In this document: piece after piece, positions 12,120-25,150 of the stretch
Position numbering within the stretch: position 1 is the stretch's first letter
Layout of the letters: the number at the start of each line of letters is the position of its first letter
Assembly: GCA_030264375.1 (NCBI GenBank)
Contig: JASCQW010000061.1
Span: 84,627,343 to 84,691,342 of the forward strand
Direction: 5' to 3'
Source of the DNA: Carcharhinus longimanus
Taxonomy: Eukaryota
Length of the DNA stretch: 64,000 nucleotides
Notes under the pieces: generated by a model
The model's input: the letters and a program-made list of their open reading frames with translations, nothing else
Database searches by the model: none
Told to the model about the DNA's origin: nothing
Made by a program: the position numbers and the translations under genes

Positions 12120-12900
12120 AGATGAGATTAATAAATTGAATGATTAAAATCATGTAGGAAATGGATTCAGTATAGGCAAATGTGAGGTCAGCCACCTTGG
12201 ACCTAAAAGGATAGAACAGGATGCTTTCTAAAGGCAGCTTCAAAGAGACTTGGGGATCTATGTTCCCAAATCAGTAAAATGTATGAACATGTATAAACAA
12301 AAATCAAAAAGGCTAATAGAATTCTGTCCTTTATATGTAGGCGACTAGAATAAAAGGGGTTTAGAAGACTTGCTTCAGCTATGCAAAACCTTGGTTAGGC
12401 CACACTTGGAGTTACTATGAACATTTTTGGGTATCACACCTTGGGAAAGACTTGGATCGAGTGCAGCTTAGATTTACCATTGATTGTTGGATTCCAATGC
12501 TTACATTACGAGGAGAGATTACAAAAAATATGTTTGGAATTTTGAAGATTAAGAGGTGATTTAATCAAGGTTTTCAAGATATTAAGGAGAATTGACAGGA
12601 TCGATTGAGAGAAACTGTTTTTCTACTGATTGGAGAGTCTAGGACCCAAGAATCAGGTTAGAGCCGGACCTTTCAGGAATGAAGTTAGACAAAAAACTAC
12701 TGCAAACTCAGGATGGTAGAAGTTTGGAAGTCCCTTATGCAAAAGGAAATTGATGCTGGGTCAATTGTTAATTTTAAATCTGAGATAGATTTCCGATAAA
12801 CAAAGGTACCAAACCATGTGGGGCAAAGACAGATCACAGGTCAGCCATGATCTGTTGAATGGCAGAACCATTTCAAGGGGCCAAATGACCTGCTCCTTTA
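12120..12900 (+). mobile_element. CR1 LINE fragment (decayed ORF2 end and 3' UTR)
   Basis: TTGGTTAGGCCACACTTGGAG (LVRPHLE), AGATTAAGAGGTGATTTAATC (RLRGDLI), tail CAGCCATGATCTGTTGAATGGCAG. Confidence 0.75.
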
Positions 12901-13359
12901 GAAATACCATTATGTTTTCTTTTAAATACAGTGACTGGATCCAATTGAATTAAATAAATTATTTTAGATTGATCAGGATGGTAGGACAACAAGGCATGCC
13001 TACAAAATCCTTAGGCAATGAGTCAGATTAGATGCCAGGAAACATTTATTTCTGTTGAAATCTGTGTTCTCTTTGGAACAGGGCAGCCAAATATGCATGG
13101 GTATGAATTTGCTGCAGTCCATTTAGAAGGGAATTATGGAGATGAGGAGACTTCTAGTTTTAAAGGGTAAATTACTAGTTAGCTGGGAAGGTAAGGAATT
13201 AATTATGGGCTACTCTGGAATCCTGGAGCCTTGATTTTTTTGAACTGGGAATTGTCAGAGCATTTCTCAGATTTATTCCTGAATTGCAGGTTTTATTAAT
13301 CCATGTTCTCTTGCCTCTCCCAGCGTAGTTAAAGGATGGGAGAACAGTGTACAAGATTT

Positions 13360-14160
13360 TTTTATGAGATATGAACATCACTGGGAAGGTCAGTATTTAT
13401 TGCCTGTCCTTAACTGCCCTTCAAAGGTGGTGAGCCTCCTTGAACTGCTGCAATCTGTGTTGTGGTAGGTACACTCACCATGCTATTAGTGAGCTAATTC
13501 CAGGATTTAGACCCAGTGATGATTAGGAACGGCAATATGGTTCCAAGTCAGGATGGCATGTAACTTGCAGAAGAACCTGCAAGAGGTGGTGCTCCATACA
13601 TTTATTGCCCTTGTCCTTCTAGGCGACAGGTTTGGAAGGCTCTGTTGTAGAAATTTTGTCAAGTTGCTTCAGTATGTCTTGTGGATAAGGCACACTGGGC
13701 ACCACTGTGTGCTGGTGGTGTTGGAATGAATGTTCAAAGTGGCAGATGATACCAATTAAGCGGGTTGTTTTGTCTAGTACAGATTTTAAGTGATTTGCAA
13801 AGAAGCAAATATGACGTGAGAAAAGGTTTTTTTCTCACAGTATATGGTTGGGTCTGCAATGCACTTCCTGGAAATGTGGTAGAGGCAGGTTCAATTGAAG
13901 CATTCCAGGAGGCATTAGATGAATGAATAGAAACAATGTGTAGGCTTTTGGGGAAAAACAAGAGAATGCCATGAATGTTCATTTGGAGAGCCAGTGCAGT
14001 CAAGACTGAATAGCCTCCTTCTGAACTGTAGCAATTCTGTGACTGTCTTGACTGGTGGTGAGTTTCTTGAATGTGTTGGAGCTGCACGCATCATAGCAAG
14101 TGGGGAGTAATCCATCACACTCCTGGCTTGTTCCTTGTAGATGGTGGACAGGCTTGCAAA
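13360..14160 (-). mobile_element. LINE 3' fragment sharing the SINE-B tail, interrupted by a + strand CR1 3' piece (about 13775-14045)
   Basis: TTTATTGCCTGTCCTTAACTGCCCTT...TTGAACTGCTGCA is the reverse of the tail at 29455 and 51555. Confidence 0.6.
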
Positions 14161-14814
14161 TCAACAATAAGTCAAAGTAAATCTGAAGAAATTTACAGTT
14201 TTCTTCAGTCTTTTCCCTCACTTGAGTTAGAAATACACTTTGCTTAAGAGTGTTATTTAAACATTGTTGTAAACATACATGATGTTTCATAAAATATCTA
14301 TATCGGCGATCTTAATTTTGCAAGTAGAAATTTAAAATAATTACAGTTTGTTGTTTATTTGAGGAGAAAGTATTTTTGTAATTTTCATTCATTTTCTCTT
14401 GTATCTTCCTCAGCCATTATAAACTAGATTCAATCTTATTCACAATCTTTCTTCTATTCTAAGGCTGTCAGATGTTTTGGAAGTGCAGAACGTACTTTCC
14501 CTTGCCCAGTCCACGTATGATAGAAACTTTGACCAAGCCCATTAAGTTCTTCCGGTGAGAAGGTCATGTGGAAATGGTAGATAAGATGGGGATTTGGAGT
14601 TGAGTCTCCAGCCTTACTTCAGCAGTAGAACTGTCATGCTGTATTATTCAACAACAATAACAATGTGCATTTATAAAGCTGGGGGAATGGGAGCCAACAT
14701 AGGGCGGTGGGGGTGATGGAGGTTAGTGGCTAGATGTGAGGCAACACAAGGGTAATAGTGTTTTGAATGAACTCGAATTTATGAAGATCTAAAGTGGGAG
14801 GCCAGCTAGGAGAG

Positions 14815-15105
14815 CATTGTTTAAAGTTTATTTGTTTATTAGACACAAGTAAGGCTTACCTTGACACTGCAATGAAGTTACTGTGAAATTCTCTAGTCAC
14901 CACACTCTGGCACCTGTTCAGGTCAATGTACCTAACCAGCANNNNNNNNNNNNNNNNNNNNNNNNNNNNNNNNNNNNNNNNNNNNNNNNNNNNNNNNNNN
15001 NNNNNNNNNNNNNNNNNNNNNNNNNNNNNNNNNNNNNNGGGAATCAAACCTGGGTTTCTGGCGCTTTGAGGCAGCAGTGCTAACCACTGTGCCACTGTGC
15101 TGCCT
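14815..15105 (-). mobile_element. V-SINE, alternative-tail subfamily (contains assembly gap)
   Basis: TTTATTAGACACAAGTAAGGCTTAC...GCAATGAAGTTACTGTGAAA...GCAGTGCTAACCACTGTGCCAC. Confidence 0.8.
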
Positions 15106-18100
15106 CATAAGTATAGTGAAATCTAGAGGTAACAAAGACAATGCAGAGAGTTTGAGCAGCAGATGAGCTGAAGGAGGTGGGTATTCTGCTTAATGTAAAA
15201 ATGTGAGGACCTATGCCTAATATTTGTAGTTCCTTAAGTGCAATAAATCTTCACAAATAACTTTATTTAATTCTGGTGAAGAAAACTTAGTATTGGTGTA
15301 CAATCTTAATTTTATTCTGGAAGAAGCACGATTACAATATATTAACTTGTCAAATTCTCCACTCTAGAAAGCTAACTGGAGTACAAGTCTATGGTCATAG
15401 TGTGTTGATTTTTCTATTTGGCAGCAGGCACTGTGGGAAACTGATAGCTTCTATGAAGAAAAGTACTGCAGTGAGCAATTATATGCAAAATGACAGAATG
15501 AAATTATTACAGTTGTTCAGAAAGAGCATTTGAGCTTTTGCAGATGACTGTCATTTGATCTGTTAGTATTTTTCATTTGCTTTGTTAACTTAAGTTTGAT
15601 TTCTGTGAGATAAAATAGAAAACTGACTTCATTCCTTTAACATTCTTTGTACACTCCTTATGTATTAGTGTGACTGTATTAGCTTCAATGGATGAAATGC
15701 AAGTTTAACATAATTGGAGGCTAAGAAATCTTTTATTGCAGCCAGAACAAAACTTGGAAATCGGTTATGGAGTAAACATTTAGTCTAGTGAAATAATGGA
15801 AACTGAAGCATTCTCTTTTTTAAAGTATGAAAAGTTAGTGAATTGATAAATTAGAAATATTTTACTGAAAAAATATGTTTTGTAATTTTTTTGAAGTTTT
15901 GGATTTTCTGATCTAATAGTGAGTGTGTCCAAAACATTTTTTAAATATCCAAATTCGATTTTTCAACAAACCAGAATTTCCCATGAATACACATGTATAC
16001 ACATAAATTGCTGAAATTATCAAGAATATATAGGATTTTTTTAAACATAAAAAAAATTAAAATACTCTTCAAGGCTTAGCGTTATTTTAAAACGCTTGCA
16101 GTTTTTTTTTGCAAATTCCCCAATGGAAAAAGTTGGGAGCACTATACGCGTTTCAGTGTCTGAGTTGATTCTCCACTGGGCGTCAAGAAGGTTTGCAAAA
16201 GGATTGCTTTGCCATGAGGAGCACCCAAACACGATAAATAAAACATGAAGCTGGGAATGATACTAACCCATTGATTCTCATCAGTGAATGAGCTCCAATT
16301 TCAAGCAGGTTGTGTTGTCAGCGTAAAGATTATTCTGTAATTATCTGGCCTCCTCTCTCTGTGCCACCTTTCTGTGGCACTTTGGGCTTGGTTAAGCTGG
16401 CAGATTGCAGTACTTATTTTGAGTGTGTGGAGTGCTTTGATGCCAGATGAGAGGAAGCCTGGCATTGATTAAGCAACTAGTCTTTTGAGTTCTATTTACC
16501 ATGATTAATTCAAGCTCTCGCTGGGTATGTTTGCTTTGAGTCGGAATGTTTAACAGGAAAATAATTCACTTATTGCTCATAATGATGATTATCCATACTT
16601 TTGTTGTCTGTCAGGTCCTCTGGTTTTTTTTCTTAAAAGTAGGAGATAAATAAAGCAAACAAAAAATTGAATAGTGATATATTTCTATATAATACCAAAT
16701 TAAGGTCTGTTAAGCAGGAGTGACGAAGGAATATTTTGCAGAACACCAACAGTTTAACGGAATTTGATATCATTAAAAAAAGTAAGAAATTTTGCAAGTG
16801 TTTGTCTTTAAAATACTTAAAATGTACCTGGCATATTAAATTGCTTGCTTTATGTAATTTTGTTTTATAGCTATGACTAGTTTCAGGTTACTGTCTTTTA
16901 CAATATATTGTAATGTTTTAATGGGGATCCTATAGGTATCTAGTTTTATATCTTTCTAGAGTGTATTTACCATGTCTCCCATTAATGACTCCACTAGTCT
17001 GTGTCCTGTGCAAAATGATAGAATTACTTTAGAAATCAATATTAGAATGCCTGCATTGCCCACCTTTTTTCTAAAGGACAGATAAAATGACAAATGGTTT
17101 ACCCCACAAAGTTTGACACTTGCAGTCTGTTGTTAAGAGGCGAACAGTGGTTGCTATTATGTGTACTGTTATCCACACAGAGAGAAAGAGGACCAGCCTT
17201 TTGCAGCCTGAGATTTCCTTTTTAATTCTATTTTTTTAACCTCATTTGTGACCGAGTTAGCTCATACCTCCCCTTTCCACTACCACTGGTAATGGACCTT
17301 TTTTTGTGTCCTATAATGCTGTACTAGCCCAACATTGATTATATGTAATAGAGTGTAACCATTATTTTGGTTTTCAAGCTGTATTATTCTCAAGTGGCCA
17401 CTGCCCGCTGTGACCTTTGACTTGAAATTATTATTAGGCTGTAAGACCATTATAAATTCATTCACTTTTTTCCCCCCACATACAAAGTGTCCTTCAGGAA
17501 TAGCACAGAATGATATATGGGACCAAGAGTTTGTACAACAAAGACACATTTTGAGCAGAAGGTTTAATTGAAGGTTGGTAGCCATTTGTCATTAAAGGAA
17601 CATGGTAGACAAATACAGTACCTTGAATTTCCCTAGAGATTCTGTGGTGCATGTTGGCTGTAGACCCTTATATCTTTTGCTCTTACTGAACCTTACAAAG
17701 CATGTAGCACATGCTAAAACACTTAACAGCGTGGGGCACAGCAAACAGCTTTCATAAAACCCTCCCTCTTACAAACTTGATGGCTGGTGATATTAATCTT
17801 GTTTCATTTTGCAAAATTTGCATACCATTACCTCATGAGTAATGACCATACTTATTGCCTGTTTAAATGGAATAGAAATAGTTTTAATACTTATTAATGT
17901 CACTCTTTGTATAGAACAGACCCAAAATGGTTAATTTTTCGTTCAGTTCTATTTAGACATTTTCTTTTAAGCCTGGCGCAATTGTACCAGTGGCACATCA
18001 CTTGTATTACTGCATCATGTTACAATGCGGAAAGTAATGTCACAAATCTTAAAAGATGGTTGATGCATGGATGTCTTCTGTCACAAGCAATCATGCTTCC

Positions 18101-19562
18101 ACTCGAGAGCCAGGCCTATCGAAACTGAACTCTGCTGCTTTGCTGCAGGTCACCTTTCATGCACAATTAGTGTTGTAACAGCACTTCGGTCACAAGTTGT
18201 CGTGAATGTTTATCATAAGAGCATCATTCCGTGGAAGTGCAGCAGTGATTAGTCCGGCTTCTACTTCTTTCAGCTTGTCGGCGGGAGATGGCACTTGGAT
18301 CGGAGTCAGAAAAACTGTTCCATAAGGCCCTGTCCATTGATTCTCTGCGGCTTAACTGCGAGGAGCCTTGGGGTTTTGGAATGTACTTGCAAGGACTTTA
18401 TTCCATTGCCCACCACTACCCCTGACATCACATGCTCATGTTGTTTCATGTCTCTTTCCTCTCCGTAACTGTCACTGACTCCTGTCATAGCACACTTTGA
18501 CAAGAATGAAAAGAGCTATCTTCCTGCTGTTTTGGCCCCATGTCAGTATCAACATGTGACACTGCATTCGCTAGCTCATTCCAACACTACTCAGAAAAGC
18601 CAGTGATAAATTCACCATGTCACTAAAGTTGCATTTCCCTGATCACATAATGAATTTGATGCCACGTATCTAGTAAAAAAAAAGTCTTAGTTTCGCTTAG
18701 TTTAATAAATGCCCGTTAAAATAAATGCAACCACTCTGAACTTAAACATAATTTTTTTGAAGCATTAGTGGGATTCAAAGTTGATGAATGATCATTTTAT
18801 GTTGCTATTTGTAAGAATTTATTTTGTAAAAGTAATGTTTCTGGTAAGCACACACAAAATTCAGCAGGAAGAAATGCAAATGTTTCTGCAGTATTGCCAG
18901 AAAGTAACAACTAAAATTGATCTAGTCATGGCTTTGGACCTGTTAGCTCCCTTGGTAGCAAAGGTTGCTATTCATTAATCCAGTGAGCATGGAACATCAA
19001 GTTTCTTAGACCATGGTAGCTTAGGCTTTGATGCTATATGGACTGTGAATTATTATTCTTTGGGAAATTGCTACAGTTTTTTTTTGATGGTTGGCAGCAG
19101 GGACATTTAACTTCTGTGTAGAATTAAGTTGCTGAATTATGGTAAAATTTAGTAGTTTGGTAGAACCATACACTGCCGAAGAAGGCTATTTGACCGATCC
19201 TGCCTGTGCTGGCTCCATGAAATTCATCCCACTCTCTTCCCCTTTCCCCATAGCGCTTCAAAATTCTCATTATCAAGTAAATAATTCTCTTTTGAAAGTT
19301 GTTATTGAATCTCTGCCTTTTCAGGCGGAACATTCCAGAGCATCATACTCAAAAAATCATCCTCACTTCCCCCCTTGGATTTTCTTCACGGAGAATTTGT
19401 TGCAACATAATAATTTTTAAGTAAACAATCGAGAGCATAATCAGGTACAATGCGAGTAAAAGTGCCAGTTTTGAAAATGCAAACCTGTAGTCTACAAGGT
19501 GCAATATGCAGCAGATTCTTTTGAGCCCTTGGTTTTGTGTTCATTAAATGCTTCCCACAGTT

Positions 19563-20285
19563 TCAGCTATTGGCTCAGTGGTAGAATCATTGTTGCAGAA
19601 ACTTGTGGGTTCAAATCCAATTAGATGAACTTCAGCCAGTTTAGAACTAAGGGAGTGCTGCACTGTCGGAAACAAAGCTTTTTGGATGAGCCATTAAACC
19701 AAGACTCAATCTACTCTCTCAGGTGGATGGAAGTGATTACTATTTTGAAGAAGAACAGGGAAGCATCCTTTCCTGAGTGCTGTTTATTAATAGAAACATA
19801 GAATCCCTGCAGTGCAGAAGAAAGCCATTTGGTCCATCGAACATGCACCGATAACAATCTCACCCAGGCCCTATCCCTGTAACCCCATGTATTTATGCCG
19901 CTAATCCCCTGACACTAAGGGGTAATTTGGTAAGCCCAATCCACCTAGCCCGCACAACTTTGGACTGTGGGAGGAAACCAGAGCACCAAGAGGAAACCCA
20001 TACAGACAAAAGGAGAATGAGTAAACTCCACACAGACAGTGACCCGAGCCGTAATTCACCCTCAGTCCCTGGTGCTGTGAGGCAGCAGTGCTAACCACTG
20101 TGCCACCGTGCCACCCCATTTCCTTAGCCAACACTAAAATAATTGATCTTGATGCTCTTTTGGGGACCTTGCGCTCTGTCTCTTACATTGCAGCAATGAC
20201 TACACGTCAAAAGTACCTTCTTGGTTGTAAAGTGCATTGGAATATCCTGAGATGGTGGAAGGTATTGGAGAAATGTAATCCCTTA
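19563..20285 (+). mobile_element. DeuSINE split by an HE1 insertion
   Basis: Head TGGCTCAGTGGTAG and core GGGAGTGCTGCACTGTCGG up to about 19790; the tail resumes at about 20117. Confidence 0.65.
19793..20116 (-). mobile_element. HE1 V-SINE
   Basis: ATAGAATCCCTGCAGTGCAGAAG...GGCAGCAGTGCTAACCACTGTGCCACCGTGCC. Confidence 0.9.
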
Positions 20286-20644
20286 AAAAATCAGGACTAT
20301 CCTGTTTGTTTTAAATAGCTATTTTATCTATGAAATTTTCCTTAACTTTACTGATTCTAATACCTCCCACTTGTCCAGGAACCTTGCAGCCAGCAATGTT
20401 CTCAGACGCAACAGATATCGCTTTCTTTGACCTGTCCCTTTCTCTTTTGTGTTGCTGTTTCTGGAGTGTTGAGTTTTAGAATTCAAGTGCACAGATTTCC
20501 TGACTTGTTTTAACCCTTATTCTGAAGTAGCTGGAGGGGGTGGTGATATTTGCTCAGAAATATCACCTGAAAAGGAAAAAACAATGCAGCACTAGTAAGG
20601 AAAGAAATCACAAGAGTAAAGTAACTCGCACAAGAAGAGGACAG

Positions 20645-20790
20645 AATTTGATTCGATTTGATTTATTATTGTCACATGTATTAGTATACAGTGAAAAGTA
20701 TTGTTTCTTGCGTGCTATATAGACAAAGCATACAGCTCATATTAGAACAAAAGGAGAGAGTGCAAAATGTAATGAGAGTAAAAGATAGAG
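20645..20790 (-). mobile_element. Rex1/Babar LINE 3' end
   Basis: (TTTGA)n tail followed by TTATTATTGTCACATGTATTAG. Confidence 0.75.
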
Positions 20791-20957
20791 TTAGAAGATA
20801 TGCTGGGCACAGCTTGCAAGAAGTTGCCTCGTTCAGGTGCCATCTTGCGAAGCAGAACAAAAGCAAAGTACTGCCTATGCTAGGAATCTGAATTTAAAAC
20901 AGGAAGTGCTGCAAAAACTTAATAGACAGATTGCATCTGTCATTAACAATTGTTAAT

Positions 20958-21695
20958 GGGTGGAATTTTAATGGAGCTCATGGCAGAGTGGGCATGATGG
21001 TAGAGGAGTAGGGAGTGGTGTGGCGAAGTGGGCGTATCCATGTCTGATTCCTTGAATGAGGAATAGAAACTGTCTGGAATTTAGTGGGGAACCAGAAGAC
21101 TGAGGCAGGAGGTTGGATGTCAATTAGGTGCGTTAATGACCCACTTACAGCCAATTATCCCCACTAGGATTTAATGGTGGCTCAGGGAGTTAACCAAACT
21201 TGCACAGCTCTTTCATGTCTCCCAAAGGCTATGCAGTAAGGCCTGTCAGATCTCCTAGTGGCCTATCAAAGGATCTTCTCCAACAGGCACTCAGTGGCTG
21301 ATTGGAGGACTCAGTGATGCACTGAAAGCCACCCATCATCAGCAGCTGCCTCCCTGTGGTCTTCATCCTACCCTATTCACCTAAATTGAGGGATCCAATG
21401 ATGACCCTGGGTGAAGGCCTCTGAGCATTGCCGGCTGTAGCCGTGACTCCCAGTGACACGGCTGCAAATGGAGAGCAGCCACTCGTCTGATTGGCTGGCA
21501 GCAGTCACAGGCAGGTATTCTGTCCTCCTGGGGCCTTTATTGTGTGTGAGGTTAGACACTGACCAGTTGAGTGCCCAATTGCACTTAAATAGTTTTGGTC
21601 TCCCAGATGGAAGTAACACAGCATTCTCACTGGTTCTGCTTTTGGTGGGGAAGGGGTGGAGGGACCTCCCCATTGCAGGAATTTAAATTCTATCC
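20958..21695. mobile_element. Non-autonomous PIF/Harbinger-like DNA transposon
   Basis: Imperfect TIRs GGGTGGAATTTTA / TAAATTCTATCC; 3-bp flanks AAT/AAC; GC-richer interior. Confidence 0.5.
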
Positions 21696-22754
21696 AACAT
21701 TTCAGGTCAGTCTTTATGTAGCATCAGATTCTGATGAATCTCCTCCTTAGAAAGATTCCACTCCTGCTGGCATTGCTCGAAACACTGTATCCAAACATCC
21801 CTTTGATTTATTTTGGTACATCGCCCTATGTGGCACTGAAAATCAAGAGTAATGAAACAGGAAAAGAAGGAAACACCCCAAAATTCAGTGCTAATTAATT
21901 GAAAAGTAGAAATACGTAAGAGAAGAACTTTCATTTCTAAGGCTCCTTGTATGACCCCAAGACATCACAAGGCACTTTACAGCCAATGAATTACTTTTGA
22001 AATTAGTCACTTGCGATAGAGGAATATCTAGTTCATTATAAGGGGAGGCCATTAAAAGGTGAAGGGTAGGGATGCTGTTCTGTAGTTTGTTGGGGCAGGA
22101 AATTTAGAAGTACTGTATCAGTCTGCAGAAACTCATTAGAAACATGTACTGTGACTTGGTAGTGTGGTATGCTATTAATACAGAGAGGGTAAATGTTCCA
22201 TTTCCTCACGCAATTACATTGCGGAAACATAAGAAATACCAGGAATAGAAAAAGACTGTTCAGACATCGAAGTACATTAACTCATGCATCATAGCATCTG
22301 AATTGTATTCTGAATCAACTCAATGATTCCTTTCTTCTAAAACCTTGCTACGTCCATCATTAAAAAAAATGACAAATATCTGAAATGAATAAGTTTTTCC
22401 TGATATCAACTCTAAATGTGTTTTCCACTTATCTCCATCCACATCACCATGGCCCTCATTTCTTGGTGCACTTGCAATAACCATCAGGATCCCTCACTTT
22501 GTGCACAAAACACTCATACACAGCTAAAGCATTACAATTTTGTCTTGCTACTGCCTCGTTAAGATGAGCGAACTGCATGAGCACTGACAAAATTAATCTT
22601 CCCTGTGGATTATAGATTTATATAATTCTAGACCAATATAGTAACTACTGTGCTACAAATCAGAAAATACGTTTGCAAATCAATATAAAGAAAGGAGCAC
22701 GTTTTCTGAAGTACATCAAGTTGAGTCGAAGAAAAAGGTGTGTTTTCCACCTTC

Positions 22755-23085
22755 TGAGTAAGGATATACATGCATGGGGAGCAACGCAGAGAAGATTCAC
22801 TAAGTTGATCCCTTGGATGAAGGGATTGTCTTACAAGGAAAGGTTGAGCAGGTTGGGCCTGTACTCACTGAAGTTTAGAAAGATGCAAGATGACCTTATT
22901 GAAATATGTAAGATTCTGTGAGGGCTGGATTTGGTAGAAGCTGAGGGTATGCTTTCTCTCGTGGGGAAATCTGAAGCCAGGGACTGCAGCTTCAGAATAA
23001 AGAATCGCCTGTTTAAGATGGGATAAGGAGGAATCTCTTCTCTCAGCAGTGGGTGAATCTTTGGAATTCTCCACCCTAGTAAGCT
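22755..23085 (+). mobile_element. CR1 LINE ORF2 fragment
   Basis: Translates as ATQRRFTKLIPWMKGLSYKERLSRLGLYSLKFRKMQDDLIE. Confidence 0.85.
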
Positions 23086-23619
23086 GCAGAGGCTTAGTCT
23101 TGTCTGTCTCAGCCTTGAATGCATTCAGATTTTTGAACTTTGAAGCTTCTATTGACTCTTCCACCAAGTTTCGCAAACATTCTGCAGGATTTTATGATTT
23201 GAGTGTTCAAGGGTTCCTTAGCCGGGGGCTCTCTGGCAGAGTTTGGGTCAGTGCTAGTACTGTAATTTAATGCAAGGAGTAATTTCGATACTATTTTAAG
23301 GCTTGATTTGAGGAGAGTAAAATGTAGTCAGAAAGGAACATGAGAACTATTGGTGCTGAATTGAGAACAATTAATTCTCTACTTTACCTAAAATCTCAAC
23401 CCCAGCATGCACAGCAGGGGATTTGAGAATTGTGCATTAATTCTGCTAAATTATTAAATAGATACTTTAAGTACTCCTATCTAGTACTTTTCTTTTTATA
23501 ACTGAATTTAGAATTCATTCCTTTTAAATTGCTTATTCCACTAATTTGAAATGGTCGGATCAATTTCAGTTGTGATTGTTTTAATTTTCCTGGAGGTCAT
23601 CCCTGGGTCATTTTGCTTT

Positions 23620-24245
23620 AACATAGGAACATAAAATGAAAGAACAAAGAAAATTACAGTATAGGAACAGGCCCTTCGGCCCTCCAAGCCTGCACCGACC
23701 ATGCTACCCGACTGAACTAAAGCCCCCTACTGTTCCAGGGACCATATCCCTCTATCCCCAACCTATTCATAATATATGAGCCATAAGCCATACAGTCCCT
23801 CAAGTCTGCTGCGCCACACCGTAACATTGTGGCTGATCTGAACTTGGCCTCAACTCCATTTTCCTGCATGTTCCCCATAACTACACTCCCATGTGGCTCA
23901 ATAATCTGCCTGCCTCAGCTTTGAATATTGTGGTAATGTGGCCCCTTTAAAGGGGTGATCCTTTGAGGCCATGTGATGGGGTTGGATCCTACAGAGAGGC
24001 TGCGTGGGAAGACAAACCAATCGGGAACAAGGGCACATATCCTGTGATGGAGAGCTGGGGAGGAGTAGAGAGTAGACTTGTGCATTAATTCTGTTGGACC
24101 CTTATCCTGTATATATTTTTTATTAATAATAAATTGTTCATTGTTGAAGCCGCACCGAGTCGATTTTACTACAGATATGTTCAATGACCCATCCTCTAAT
24201 GCTCTTTTGAACAGAGAAGAAATTCCTTCTCATCTACATCTTAAA
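23620..24245 (-). mobile_element. Stacked CR1 3' ends, one interrupted by a solo LTR
   Basis: GGAACAGGCCCTTCGGCCC...; CTCAGCTTTGAATAT|LTR|GATATGTTCAATGACCC. Confidence 0.65.
23929..24173 (+). mobile_element. Solo LTR (245 bp)
   Basis: TGTGGTAA...TTACTACA termini, TSD AATAT/GATAT, CCAAT at about 24017, AATAAA at 24128. Confidence 0.75.
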
Positions 24246-24524
24246 TATCACCTTTAATCGAATTCATTTTTTAAAAAAAGGAAGAAAAGTTTAACATCCT
24301 CATGGCTTAAATATAGAAAGGCTACAAAATGCTGTGAGATAGAGGGCGCGCTTGTACATTAAACACAAAGTTAGCATGCAGGTACAGCAAGTAATCAGGA
24401 ACTGATGTTGGTTTTTATGGCAATGGAATGGAGTAGGCAAGTCTTACTACAACAGTGTTGAGTTTATTCTGGAGCTGTGCCCTGTAGCTCTGGATTCCCC
24501 ACGAGCTGTGCAGATACATGGATT

Positions 24525-24765
24525 TGGGCCTGTGTCTGTGGGAGTTTGCGCATTCTCCCTGTGGTTGCGTGGGTTTCCTCNNNNNNNNNNNNNNNNNNNN
24601 NNNNNNNNNNNNNNNNNNNNNNNNNNNNNNNNNNNNNNNNNNNNNNNNNNNNNNNNNNNNNNNNNNNNNNNNNNNNNNNNTAGGAGGATGCGGCGGCGCG
24701 GGCTCGTTGGGCCGAAGGGCCTGTTTCCCATGCTGGGTTGTTCTTTGTTCTTTGTTGTTTGTTCT
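24525..24765 (+). mobile_element. HE1-type V-SINE, partial, with gap
   Basis: GGAGTTTGCGCATTCTCCCTGTGGTTGCGTGGGTTTCCTC...GGGCCGAAGGGCCTGTTTCC. Confidence 0.7.
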
Positions 24766-24774
24766 TGTTGAGAG

Positions 24775-25150
24775 CCTCTACCCTGTAAAGACCCCTGAGA
24801 ATCTTGCACGTTTCAAAAAGAAGACCTCTCTTTCTTTTGAACTCAGATGGGTATCGGCCCAAATTGCCAAATCTTTCTTTATAAACCAGCCTCTTTGCCC
24901 CAGAAAATTAACTTTGTGAACTTCTCTGAACAGCTTTCCATGCATTTGCATCCCTTAAGGATGGAGACTAAAACTCTGCAGCCTCACCAAAACCCAACAC
25001 TGTTGTTGTAAGACTTGTCTGCTCCATCCCCCTCAACATAAAAACCAACATCAGTTCCTGATTTCTTCTTGTACCTGTATGCTAACTTTTTGTGTTTCAT
25101 ATACAAGCATGCCCTCTGTCCCGCAGCATTTTGTAGCCTCTCTATATTTA
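24775..25150 (-). mobile_element. CR1 LINE fragment
   Basis: Minus strand translates KRKRGLLFETCKILRGLYRVE. Confidence 0.65.

Noticed and set aside
11587-12900. Twin-primed (5'-inverted) single CR1 insertion
   Set aside because: Both halves have their own, different 3' tails and cover overlapping parts of the element, so two independent insertions fit better.
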